Notes: generated from the sequence alone by a model not told the origin. A stretch of DNA of 64,000 nucleotides from an uncultured Candidatus Rokubacteria bacterium (GCA_963771355.1 CAVYTA010000006.1:2176001-2240000), one strand, 5' to 3'. Numbered from the stretch's first letter, positions 9,420-18,425 are shown. A program made the numbers and translations.

Positions 9420-10654
9420 TCTACGTCTGGATCATCCTCCTCTCGCTGGCCCTCACCGCGCTCTTCTCCGCGTCGGAGATGGCCTTCATCGCCGCCAACC
9501 GCGTCCGACTCCGCCACCTCGCCGAGGAGGGCAGTCAGACCGCCGCCCGCTATCTGGAAGCCTTCCGCCGGCCGGAACGGGTGCTCGCCACCTGCATGAT
9601 GGGCGTCACCATCGCCCACATCACCGCCTCCTCGGTGTCCACCTGGGCGCTCCTGCCCGTGCTCGGCTCCTGGTCGGCGGTGGCGGTCACCGCGGCGCTC
9701 ACCCCCATCATGCTCGTCTTCGGCGAGGTGATGCCCAAGGCGGTGGCGCGGGAGTGGGCCACCCCGCTCATCCGCTCCCTTTTCCGGGTCATCGAGCTGT
9801 CGAGCTGGGTGCTGGCGCCCTTGACCTGGGGGGCGAACGCGGTGGTGGGCAAGGCCCTCGCCCTCTTCGGCCGCACCCCCTCGAGCACCCGGCAGTTCGT
9901 GTCCCGCGAGGAGCTGAAGCTGCTCCTCCAGATGGAGCCGGAGGAGGCCGACGTGACGGTGTCCGAGGCCGAGATGATCGACAAGATCTTCGACCTGGGC
10001 CAGAAGACGGTGCGCGAGATCATGGTGCCCCTGGTCGACGTGACCGCCCTGCCCGCTACCGCCCACCCGGAGGACGCGGTACGCCTGATCTCCGAGCGCG
10101 GCTTCTCGCGCATCCCGCTCTTCACCGACCGCGTGTTCAATCTGATCGGCTTCGTCACCGCCATGGACCTGCTCCGGCGAGGGGCCCAGGTGTCCGATCT
10201 CCGCTCCATCATGCGGCCGGCCACCTACGCCCCCGAGACCAAGCGGATCGACGATCTCCTCCGCGAGATGCAGAAGGGCCGCATCCAGCTCGCGGTGGTG
10301 GTGGACGAGTACGGCGGCGCGGTGGGCATCGTCACCATCGAGGACATCCTCGAGCAGATCGTGGGCGAGATCGAGGACGAGCACGACCGCACCCCGGCCA
10401 CCGTCGATCGGCTGCCTGACGGCAGCTACCGCGTGGCGGGGCGGGTGAGCATCGACGAGCTCAACGAGTCGCTCGACTGGGAGCTGCCCAAGGGCGACTT
10501 CGAGACGGTGGCGGGGCTCGTGCTCGCCACCGTCAACCGCATCCCCTCGGTGGGGGAAGTGTTCCAGGTCGGGCGCTACACTTTCACCGTGCTGGAGGCC
10601 GACGAGCGCCGCATCCTGAGGGTCCGCATCAGCCCGCCGGCGCCGGCGGCGTAG
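9416..10654 (+). CDS. Second hemolysin-family / CNNM-CorC transporter
   Basis: [55 protein letters not shown] overlap with first paralog. Confidence 0.9.
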   Translation: MIYVWIILLSLALTALFSASEMAFIAANRVRLRHLAEEGSQTAARYLEAFRRPERVLATCMMGVTIAHITASSVSTWALLPVLGSWSAVAVTAALTPIMLVFGEVMPKAVAREWATPLIRSLFRVIELSSWVLAPLTWGANAVVGKALALFGRTPSSTRQFVSREELKLLLQMEPEEADVTVSEAEMIDKIFDLGQKTVREIMVPLVDVTALPATAHPEDAVRLISERGFSRIPLFTDRVFNLIGFVTAMDLLRRGAQVSDLRSIMRPATYAPETKRIDDLLREMQKGRIQLAVVVDEYGGAVGIVTIEDILEQIVGEIEDEHDRTPATVDRLPDGSYRVAGRVSIDELNESLDWELPKGDFETVAGLVLATVNRIPSVGEVFQVGRYTFTVLEADERRILRVRISPPAPAA

Positions 10655-10689
10655 TCAACCGCAGTCAACCGGAAGGAAGGAGCACCGCG

Positions 10690-11364
10690 ATGGCCGGACG
10701 GATGGTGGAGTTTCCGAGCAACGGCGGCAAGGCAACCGGATATCTGGCGACCCCGGCGGCGGGCAAGGGCCCGGGCGTGCTCGTGATCCAGGAGTGGTGG
10801 GGCCTGGTGGATCACATCAAGAAGGTCTGCGACCGCTTCGCGGCCGCCGGCTACTCCGCCCTGGCCCCCGACATGTACCACGGCCAGACGGCGACCGAGC
10901 CCGACGGCGCCGGCAAGCTCTTCATGGCGCTCAACATCGCGCAGGCCGAGAAGGACCTGGCCGGCGCGGCCAAGTTCCTGGCCGGCCACTCCTCGACCGC
11001 GAAGCTGGGGGCGGTGGGCTTCTGCATGGGCGGCCAGCTCGCGCTCTTCGCGGGCACCACCAATCCCAGCATCGGGGCAGTGGTGGACTTCTATGGCATC
11101 CATCCCAACGTGAAGCCGGACTATGCCAAGCTGACCGGTCCCGTGCTGGGGCTCTTCGCGGAGAAGGACGCCTTCGTCACGCCGCAGACCGCGCGGGACG
11201 TGGAGGCGGCCATCAAGAAGGCGGGAAAGCCGGTGGCCATCCACGTCTACCCGAACGTGGACCACGCCTTCTTCAACGACGAGCGGCCCGACGCGTACGA
11301 CAAGGCGGCGGCGGAGGATGCCTGGAAGCGGACCCTGAGCCACTTCGCGGCCAATCTCAAGTAG
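10690..11364 (+). CDS. Dienelactone hydrolase family protein
   Basis: IQEWWG, GFCMGG nucleophile motif, HAFFND; strong RBS GGAAGGAG. Confidence 0.9.
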   Translation: MAGRMVEFPSNGGKATGYLATPAAGKGPGVLVIQEWWGLVDHIKKVCDRFAAAGYSALAPDMYHGQTATEPDGAGKLFMALNIAQAEKDLAGAAKFLAGHSSTAKLGAVGFCMGGQLALFAGTTNPSIGAVVDFYGIHPNVKPDYAKLTGPVLGLFAEKDAFVTPQTARDVEAAIKKAGKPVAIHVYPNVDHAFFNDERPDAYDKAAAEDAWKRTLSHFAANLK

Positions 11365-11372
11365 CCGGAGCC

Positions 11373-11412
11373 CGCGGCGCCCGGGCCGACGTCACCGGCC
11401 CCGGGCACCGCG
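11373..11412. terminator. Long GC-rich hairpin between convergent genes (probable bidirectional terminator or processing site)
   Basis: CGCGGCGCCCGGGCCG pairs imperfectly with CGGCCCCGGGCACCGCG; no U-tract. Confidence 0.5.
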
Positions 11413-11417
11413 TCGCT

Positions 11418-12239
11418 CTACTTCTTCACCTCGACCGACCCCTTCATGTTCGGGTGCAGCGCGCAGTTGTAGCTGAAGACGCCTTCGGCGGGGAAGGTCA
11501 GCGTGGCCCGCTGGCCCTTGAGCAGAAATCCGGTCTTGAGCGGCGTGCCCTGCACGGTGATCTGGTGCGGCGACTCGTCGGTGTTGATCCAGGTGATCGC
11601 CTTGCCCGGGGCGACCGTGAGCCCGCCGGGCGCGAACACGAAGCCCGCGATGTTGACGGTGGTGGCGCCGGGGACCATGGGCATCGCGCTTGCCACCTGG
11701 GTCTGACCGGCCAGGGCGGGATAGGAGATCACGAAGTCCATCGCGTCGTGGGGCTTGTGGCACTGGAAGCACGCTTTGTAGTTGGCTTTGTCGTTGAGCT
11801 TCCCGTCGGCGCCGAACGCCGCGTACTCCCACTCGCCGTTCCGGATCTCGTCGGGGTATTCCGCTCCCCAGCCCTGGCGTTTCTCCATCACCGTATAGGC
11901 GATCAGATCACCCTTGAGGAAGCGTCCCTTCCCGTCCTTGAGGGGATTGCCCTGCGCGTCCACCTGGGCCTTGTACTGGACCAGGGTGAGCACGGTGCCG
12001 GCCGGCAGGGGCTTGCCCTCCTTGGCCGCCTGGACCGCCGCGGCCGGGCTCGCGTAGAGCTCCCGGTACTGCTTGACGTCGTACCGATCGGCGATGGTGT
12101 AGAGCACCCCGTCCTTGTAGCCCGCCGGGAACGACACCTTGTCGGCCCCGGCATCGCTCCGCGGAGCTCCCAGGACCAAGGCCCCCGCGGCCGCTGCCGA
12201 GAGGGTGAGACCACCGAGCAGCCTGAACGGACGTTTCAT
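11418..12239 (-). CDS. Secreted cytochrome P460/c'-beta family domain fused to a C-terminal cupredoxin (amicyanin/plastocyanin-like) domain
   Basis: AGGAGG RBS, signal peptide MKRPFRLLGGLTLSAAAAGALVLG; LPAGTVL, VMEK, GEWEYAAF, CFQCH heme motif, DFVI; then WINTDESPH and YNCALHPNMKG type-1 Cu ligands. Confidence 0.85.
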   Translation of the reverse strand: MKRPFRLLGGLTLSAAAAGALVLGAPRSDAGADKVSFPAGYKDGVLYTIADRYDVKQYRELYASPAAAVQAAKEGKPLPAGTVLTLVQYKAQVDAQGNPLKDGKGRFLKGDLIAYTVMEKRQGWGAEYPDEIRNGEWEYAAFGADGKLNDKANYKACFQCHKPHDAMDFVISYPALAGQTQVASAMPMVPGATTVNIAGFVFAPGGLTVAPGKAITWINTDESPHQITVQGTPLKTGFLLKGQRATLTFPAEGVFSYNCALHPNMKGSVEVKK

Positions 12240-12368
12240 GGGCGCCTCCTTGCAAGGGACGATGGTATAGCCCGCCGGGACCAGAACCCGCCCCGGTCCG
12301 CCCGGGTTCCCGGCCGGTACGCATCCCTCGTGGCCGGGACCGGTTTCTGCTAGGGTAACAGCCGGTCG

Positions 12369-13259
12369 ATGAGCGCCATCTCGGAATCCAGCGTCGGAGC
12401 CGCGTGCGCGCTCCTCTCGGCCGGTACCTGGGCGGTGATCAGCCTGCTCGTCCGGCGGCTCGCCGGCAGCTTCAACTCGCCCACCATCAATGCCATCCGC
12501 GCCACCGCGGGGGGCGTGCTGCTGCTGGCGTGGGTGCTCGCCACCGCGGGCACCGCCCCCTTTCGCGCGATCACCTGGGGCGACTTCTTCCTCCTGACCT
12601 CGTCCGTCATCCTCGCCGGCTCCATCGGCGACACCCTGTTCTTCGAGAGCTCGCGCTTTCTCGGGCTGGCGCGGGCGATGACGGCCTCGATGACCTATCC
12701 GCTCCTGGCCGCCCTGCTGGCGGCGCCGCTGCTCGGGGAGCCCGTCACGCCGAGCCTCCTGCTGGGATCGGTGCTCACGCTGGGGGGCCTCGCTGTCATC
12801 ATCGGCAATCGTCAGCCTGATCCCGGCGCGCCGAACCGGCTCTGGCTCGGGCTGGGCACCGCCACGCTCGCCTCGGTGGCGTGGGCGGTATCGGCCATCA
12901 TGCTCAAGCCCGCGCTGCACGCCATCGATTCCTCCACCGCGCAAGCGATCCGGCTGCCGGTGGCCGGCCTGGTGCTCCTCGCCACCCCCTGGACGTGGGG
13001 CGCGCTCGGCGCGGCGCGCGCCGCGGCGCCCGACACCGGGAAGCTGCTGGCGCTGCTCGCCGCCCTCACCGCGGTGAGCTCGGTGCTGTTCGTGATGGGG
13101 GTGAAGCACGCCGGCGTCGGCGTCGCCACCGTGCTGTCGGCGACGGCGCCCATGTTCGCCATCCCGCTGGGCGCGTTCTACCTGGGGGAGCGAATGACGG
13201 TGACCGCCGCGCTGGGCACCCTGCTCACCGTGGCGGGCATCGCCGTCCTCAACCTCTGA
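12369..13259 (+). CDS. DMT/EamA family transporter
   Basis: About 10 hydrophobic segments in two repeats, LLGEPVT and YLGERMT motifs. Confidence 0.85.
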   Translation: MSAISESSVGAACALLSAGTWAVISLLVRRLAGSFNSPTINAIRATAGGVLLLAWVLATAGTAPFRAITWGDFFLLTSSVILAGSIGDTLFFESSRFLGLARAMTASMTYPLLAALLAAPLLGEPVTPSLLLGSVLTLGGLAVIIGNRQPDPGAPNRLWLGLGTATLASVAWAVSAIMLKPALHAIDSSTAQAIRLPVAGLVLLATPWTWGALGAARAAAPDTGKLLALLAALTAVSSVLFVMGVKHAGVGVATVLSATAPMFAIPLGAFYLGERMTVTAALGTLLTVAGIAVLNL

Positions 13260-13272
13260 GGGCGGGGATGTG

Positions 13273-14991
13273 TCAGCGGCCTCCGCGCGGCGGGCCGGCC
13301 AGCCGCTCGGTGACGTCGATGCGCTGGTAGACCACGGGATGCGCGGCGCGGTGCGCCGCGGGCGTCTCCGCCACGTGGAGGGTGTCCAGCCAGAGGTGCC
13401 CATCGGGCTGGCGATGGATGCGCGGCGCCGCGGAGGGGAACCAGCTGCCGAGGACGTCGGCCGGCCGCTTCGCCCGGCGCGCCATCTGCGAGACGGGAAT
13501 GGGCGGGCCGTCGACGACGCCGTCGCGGACAACGACCGCGTCCGAGTCGAAGATCTCGCGCAGCTGACCTTGCAGCTCGAAGAACACCAGCGCCACCACG
13601 CCGGTCCCGTCCGGCGCCAGCCCCAGCGAGGGCGCGAAGGAAAAGAGCGTGCCGCCCCCCGGGTCGATCGGATGCAGGGACTTCGCGGTGTCCCACGGCC
13701 CCCATGTCCCCGGGCCGGTGGCGGGTCGGCGCACGTAGAACGCCTCGTCGCGACCGTAGATGCCCGTGCTCACGGTGCCGTGGAACGCCACGTGGAGATT
13801 GTCCTTCGCGTCCACTGCGATATCGGCCCAGTCGGCGAGGGTGTCCCGCTGCGCGCCCTGGTCGGCCCAGGCCGGCGAGGCGGCCAGCGCGTTCTGAACA
13901 TCCACCCAGCCACCCCGGGGACGCCGGCGCGCATAGGTGAGCTCCCAGTAGCCGCCATTGGGACGGTCGCTCGACCGCCCGGCGCTGCGGACCAGCACGG
14001 TATAGATGGCGTGGGCATTGCCCTCGCGATCCACCGCGAGCGCGGGGTTCTTGAGACGCACCTTCGCCGGCACCGGCAGTCGGTCCAGCGACCAGCCCGC
14101 GCCGCCATTGGTCGAGACCGCGTACTGCCCGGTAGGCGTCACCACGTGGATCTCGTCGTCTCCGCGCACGCCGAGGTCGGGGCCGGTGTCCTGCGCACCG
14201 CCGGGGGCTCCCGTGTCCCGCACCCGCTCGAAGCTCCAGGCGCCGGCGCGGAGGACGAGGCGGCGGTACAGCGTGGTGCGCCCTCCGTACCAGGCCACGT
14301 GCACCGCGCCCGGGCTGGCCTCGATGGCCAGGAACGAGTTGGCCGAGGCGCCGCCCGGCTCGCTGACGGGCGTCACCTCGGTCTCGAAGGCGAGGCGCCC
14401 CGTGGCGTCGTCCTGGGCGGCGCGGCGATAGACGACGCGGGCCTCGCGTCGCCCGTCCCGAAACACCCGGGTGTCCAGCCACGCCATGTGGATCTTGCCC
14501 GCGGCGTCCCGGACGATCTTGGCCGAGTGGTTCGGCGCGAGCGCATTGGCCTTGCGCGTGGCCCCCACCGGGGTGGTCCCGTGGGGGAAGACGTAGACCC
14601 AGGCCTGACGCCTGACGCGCACCGCGCTCTGGTTCGGCGCGCCCTCCCAGGCGGTCCAGATCACCGATGTGGGCCCGATGGGGATGGGCGCCGACTGGTC
14701 ATGCGTCACGCGAAGGCCGCCCGCCTCGGCCGAGTCGAGCAGCTCGCGGAGCGGAGACTCGGTCGGCGCGAGCTCGCTCAGGCCGGGCGCGGGCATCTCC
14801 ACCGCGAGGAGCTCGGGGAGGGTGATCTCGGCGCCCGCGGCGGGCGCGGCGGCGCGGTCGGGCGGCCTGGCTCCCGCCGGCGCCGACGGAGCCGACTCGC
14901 AGCCTGCCGCGAGCGCCGCCGCGGCGAGGAGCGCGAGGCCCCCGCGGAGACGCCCTAGCCGATGAAGAGGCCGCCGTTCGGCGACAGCCAT
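13273..14991 (-). CDS. Hypothetical lipoprotein, probable beta-propeller (BNR/sialidase-like) with HYR-like N-terminal segment
   Basis: Lipobox LAAGC after a basic-hydrophobic leader; Asp-box-like STNGGAGWS; repeated VDxxGxxHxxW/Y/F blades; start uncertain (37 nt overlap with SDR). Confidence 0.65.
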   Translation of the reverse strand: MAVAERRPLHRLGRLRGGLALLAAAALAAGCESAPSAPAGARPPDRAAAPAAGAEITLPELLAVEMPAPGLSELAPTESPLRELLDSAEAGGLRVTHDQSAPIPIGPTSVIWTAWEGAPNQSAVRVRRQAWVYVFPHGTTPVGATRKANALAPNHSAKIVRDAAGKIHMAWLDTRVFRDGRREARVVYRRAAQDDATGRLAFETEVTPVSEPGGASANSFLAIEASPGAVHVAWYGGRTTLYRRLVLRAGAWSFERVRDTGAPGGAQDTGPDLGVRGDDEIHVVTPTGQYAVSTNGGAGWSLDRLPVPAKVRLKNPALAVDREGNAHAIYTVLVRSAGRSSDRPNGGYWELTYARRRPRGGWVDVQNALAASPAWADQGAQRDTLADWADIAVDAKDNLHVAFHGTVSTGIYGRDEAFYVRRPATGPGTWGPWDTAKSLHPIDPGGGTLFSFAPSLGLAPDGTGVVALVFFELQGQLREIFDSDAVVVRDGVVDGPPIPVSQMARRAKRPADVLGSWFPSAAPRIHRQPDGHLWLDTLHVAETPAAHRAAHPVVYQRIDVTERLAGPPRGGR

Positions 14992-15785
14992 TGGCCGGTG
15001 AAGAACGAGGCGTCGTCGGAGACGAGGAAGAGCGCAGTGGCGGCCACCTCCCGCGGCTCGGCGAGCCGTCCGAGGGGGGTGCGGGAGAGGACGGCCTTGC
15101 GCGAGAGCGGCGAAAGCGTCTGGGTCATGGGCGTGTCGATGAAGCCGGGGCAGATGGCGTTGACGCGTATCCCGCGCGAGCCCACCTCGCGGGCCACCGC
15201 CCGGGTGAAGGCGAGAATGCCGCCCTTGGCCGCCGAGTAGTGCGGGACCGTCTCGAGGCCCATGAGCGCGGCCACGCTCGACAGGTTGACGATGGCGCCC
15301 TGGTTCCGGCGGCTCATGAGCCGGAGCGCCTCGCGCGTGCAGAAGAAGGTGCCGTTGAGGTGCACCCCGATCACGCGGTGCCAGGCCTCGTCGGACATCT
15401 CCTGGGTCACGTCCCAGTGGGTCTCTATCTGCTGGCCGCTCACCATCTCCATGATGCGCGCGTCCGACCGCTCGCGCCGGGACTCCAGGTCCTCCCCCGG
15501 GCCGTAGGCGATGCCGGCATTGTTCACCAGGATGTCGAGCGCTCCGTAGCGGCGGTCGATCTCGGCGAACATGGCGCGCACCTGGCCGCTGTCGGCAACG
15601 TCGGCGGCGAGCGCGCAGGCCTGGGCGCCCGCCGCGCCCATCTCCTGGACGGTCTTCTCGGCGGCAGCGAGGTGGAGATCGTTCACCACCACCCGCGCGC
15701 CTTCCTCCGCGAAGAGCAACGCGGTCGCGCGCCCGATGCCCGAGCCGCCGCCCGTCACCACCGCCACCCGGTCCTTGAGCCTCAT
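14955..15785 (-). CDS. SDR family oxidoreductase (FabG-like)
   Basis: TGGGSGIG, NNAG, YSAAK, NAICPG; GGGAGG RBS before ATG 15785. Confidence 0.92.
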   Translation of the reverse strand: MRLKDRVAVVTGGGSGIGRATALLFAEEGARVVVNDLHLAAAEKTVQEMGAAGAQACALAADVADSGQVRAMFAEIDRRYGALDILVNNAGIAYGPGEDLESRRERSDARIMEMVSGQQIETHWDVTQEMSDEAWHRVIGVHLNGTFFCTREALRLMSRRNQGAIVNLSSVAALMGLETVPHYSAAKGGILAFTRAVAREVGSRGIRVNAICPGFIDTPMTQTLSPLSRKAVLSRTPLGRLAEPREVAATALFLVSDDASFFTGQWLSPNGGLFIG

Positions 15786-15810
15786 CGCGTCCTCCCGGTG
15801 GCCAGCTTGG

Positions 15811-15843
15811 TTGAACGCCAAAGGGGCGGCCGCCGCCGCCCCT
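15811..15843 (-). terminator. Putative intrinsic terminator of the ribosomal supercluster
   Basis: Perfect 9-bp stem AGGGGCGGC/GCCGCCCCT (15822-15843) 30 nt after rplQ stop; weak U-tract on minus strand. Confidence 0.55.
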
Positions 15844-15873
15844 GGGTGCCCTGCTCCGGCGTCACGTCCCCGA

Positions 15874-16374
15874 TCAGCCGGCGGCGGCCGCCGCCTTCTT
15901 CTTGCGTCCCTTGCGCGCGCCCGCGGCGGCCTCGCCCTTGTCACCCTTGTCGGCCTTCTCGCCCTTGGGTGCCTTCTCGGCCTTCGTGTCCTTCTTCTTC
16001 TTTTCCCGGGGCGCCTCGGGCCGGTCCACCAGCTCGAGCACGACCATGGAGGCGCGGTCACCCGGACGCGTGCCGGCATGGATGATCCGGGTATAGCCGC
16101 CGTTCCGGTCCGAGAACCGCGCGGCGATGGTGTCGAACAGCTTCTTCACCACCGTCTCGTCGGGGACCATGGCGAGCACCTGGCGCTTGGCGTGGAGATT
16201 CTCCCGCTTGGCCAGCGTCACCATCTGGTCCGCCATCCCCCGCACCGCCTTGGCCTTGGCCTCGGTGGTCATGATGCGCTCGTGGCGGAAGAGCGCCACC
16301 AGGAGATTGCGGAAGAGAGCCCACCGGTGCGAGGTGACCCGTCCGAGCTTGTAGTTCGCCCGGCCGTGCCTCAT
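15874..16374 (-). CDS. rplQ: 50S ribosomal protein L17 with Lys/Ala-rich C-terminal tail
   Basis: MRHGRANYKLGR, TTEAKAK, GGYTRII; ATGA overlap with rpoA. Confidence 0.96.
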   Translation of the reverse strand: MRHGRANYKLGRVTSHRWALFRNLLVALFRHERIMTTEAKAKAVRGMADQMVTLAKRENLHAKRQVLAMVPDETVVKKLFDTIAARFSDRNGGYTRIIHAGTRPGDRASMVVLELVDRPEAPREKKKKDTKAEKAPKGEKADKGDKGEAAAGARKGRKKKAAAAAG

Positions 16375-17357
16375 TTCGCGCCTCCGCGCCCCAGGGTTCC
16401 GAGCACGTTGGGGTCGATCCGCATCCCCAGGGACAGGCCGAGGCTGGCCAGCGCGGTCTTGATCTCCTCGATGGATTTCTCTCCGAGGTTCTTCACGTTC
16501 TCGAGGTCGGCATCCGTCTTCTGCACGAGATCGGCCACGGTGAGGATCTCGGCGTTGCGGAGCGCGTTGATGGCACGCGCCGGCAGCGGCAGCTCCTCCA
16601 GCACCTTGGACAGGCTCTCCTGAAGGAAGCCCTCCCCTTCCGCCTCGACCTCCTCGTCCTCTTCCGGCCCGCCCTCGGGAGCCAGCAGGGCGAAGTGATC
16701 GCGCATGTAGCCGGCGGCCTTGGTGAGGGCCTCGTCCGGCGACACCGCGCCGTTGGTCCACACCTCGATGATGAGCCGCTCATAGTCGGTGATCTTGCCC
16801 AGCCGCGAGTTCTCCACGTTGTAGGCGACGCGCTGGATGGGCGAGAAGGCGGCGTCCATGGGGATGGCGCCCGCGGGGACGCTGCCGGCGGAGTGCCCGG
16901 CCGCGTTCACGTAGCCGCGTCCGATGTTCACCCCGATCTCGATGGAGAGGGTCGCGCCCTCCTCGAGCGTGGCGATGGGGATCTCGGGGTTGAGCACCTC
17001 GATCCCTTCCGCCTCGGAGACGTCGGCGCCGGTGACCTGCCGGGGGCCCTTGGCGTCGATCCGGGTGGTGGTGGGCTCGCCGGACGGCACGTTGACGGCG
17101 AGCTTGCGCAGGTTCAGGAGGACGTCGGTAGTCTCCTCCTGCACGCCGGGAATCTTGGTCTCCGCGTCCCGCACGCCGGGGATGCGCACCCACGCCACCG
17201 CCGCCCCCGGGATGATGCTGAGCAGGGTGCGCCGCAGGGAGTTCCCCACCGTGAGCGCGTAGCCCTTCTCGAACGGCTCCGCCACCAGACGCGCGTAGCG
17301 GTCGGTGTTGATCTCCCACTCGATGTGTCTCGGTTTCTGAAACGGGATCCTGGCCAT
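16371..17357 (-). CDS. rpoA: RNA polymerase subunit alpha (divergent)
   Basis: GNSLRRTLLS, GRGYV, DAAFSPI, NLGEKSIEEIK; position in alpha operon. Confidence 0.95.
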   Translation of the reverse strand: MARIPFQKPRHIEWEINTDRYARLVAEPFEKGYALTVGNSLRRTLLSIIPGAAVAWVRIPGVRDAETKIPGVQEETTDVLLNLRKLAVNVPSGEPTTTRIDAKGPRQVTGADVSEAEGIEVLNPEIPIATLEEGATLSIEIGVNIGRGYVNAAGHSAGSVPAGAIPMDAAFSPIQRVAYNVENSRLGKITDYERLIIEVWTNGAVSPDEALTKAAGYMRDHFALLAPEGGPEEDEEVEAEGEGFLQESLSKVLEELPLPARAINALRNAEILTVADLVQKTDADLENVKNLGEKSIEEIKTALASLGLSLGMRIDPNVLGTLGRGGAK

Positions 17358-17363
17358 GGTCTC

Positions 17364-17987
17364 CTACTTTGAGAACAGCTCGACGATCAGCTGCTCCTGC
17401 ACGGGGATCTGGATGTCCTCCCGGACCGGAAGACCGCGCACCATCCCCTTCTTTTGATTGACGTCCAGGTCGAGCCAGGCCGGCACCGCCGACCGGCCCG
17501 CGCCGAGGTTGTCGGCCGCGCGCTCCTGCATCTTGGAGGTGGGGCGGAGCTGCACCGCCTCGCCCACCCGGACGATGTAGGACGGCACCGACACCTTGCG
17601 GCCGTTGACCTGGATATGCCCGTGGGCCACCATCTGCCGCGACTCGCGGCGCGACGCCGCCAGGCCCAGGCGGAAGACCACGTTGTCGAGCCGGCGCTCG
17701 AGGAGCTTGAGCAGGTTCTCGCCGGTGATCCCCTTCTCGCGCTCGGCGCGCGCGAAGTAGCGGCGGAACTGCGTCTCCAGCACCCCGTAGATGTGCTTGG
17801 CCTTCTGCTTCTCCCGGAGCTGGATGCCGTAGTTGGTCAGCTTGGTGCGGGACAGCCCGTGCTGGCCGGGGGGGTAGTTCCGCCGCTCGATCGCGCACTT
17901 CTCGCCGAAGCAGCGCGCGCCCTTGAGAAAGAGCTTGATCCCCTCGCGCCGGCACTGCCGGCAGACCGCCTCTCGATATCTCGCCAC
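17364..17987 (-). CDS. rpsD: 30S ribosomal protein S4
   Basis: [24 protein letters not shown]. Confidence 0.98.
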   Translation of the reverse strand: MARYREAVCRQCRREGIKLFLKGARCFGEKCAIERRNYPPGQHGLSRTKLTNYGIQLREKQKAKHIYGVLETQFRRYFARAEREKGITGENLLKLLERRLDNVVFRLGLAASRRESRQMVAHGHIQVNGRKVSVPSYIVRVGEAVQLRPTSKMQERAADNLGAGRSAVPAWLDLDVNQKKGMVRGLPVREDIQIPVQEQLIVELFSK

Positions 17988-17999
17988 GAAATCTCCTCC

Positions 18000-18413
18000 C
18001 TAAACCCGTCGCCGCTTCGGCGGCCGGCAGCCGTTGTGCGGGATCGGGGTCACGTCTCGAATCGAAGTCACCTCGAGCCCCACCGCCTGCAGCGCGCGGA
18101 TGGCGGCCTCCCGGCCGGCGCCGGGGCCCTTGACGCAGACCTCCACCGACTTGAGGCCGAGCTCCATGGCCTTGCGCGCGGCGTTCTCCGCGGCGGTCTG
18201 GGCGGCGAAGGGGGTGCTCTTACGGGAGCCCTTGAAGCCCACGCTGCCCGCGCTCGCCCAGGAGACGACGTTGCCCGTCTTGTCGGTCAAGGTGACGATG
18301 GTGTTGTTGAAGGTGGCCTGCACGTGGGCGACGCCCACGCGGACTTCCTTGCGCTCGCGCTTGCGTCCGCCCTTGCGGGGGGCCGCCGGCTTCTCTTCTG
18401 GCGTGTCGGCCAT
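18000..18413 (-). CDS. rpsK: 30S ribosomal protein S11
   Basis: [28 protein letters not shown]. Confidence 0.98.
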   Translation of the reverse strand: MADTPEEKPAAPRKGGRKRERKEVRVGVAHVQATFNNTIVTLTDKTGNVVSWASAGSVGFKGSRKSTPFAAQTAAENAARKAMELGLKSVEVCVKGPGAGREAAIRALQAVGLEVTSIRDVTPIPHNGCRPPKRRRV

Positions 18414-18425
18414 GTCGCTGGCTCC

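Noticed and set aside
11418..13532. 704-aa ORF as one large protein
   Set aside because: The first 431 codons are antisense to the EamA gene and its flanks; the real start is ATG 12239 with an AGGAGG RBS and signal peptide.
13270..14958. 562-aa plus-strand ORF as the real gene
   Set aside because: Arg/Gly-rich with no motifs; the minus-strand ORF has a lipobox, repeats and operon-like overlap with the SDR.
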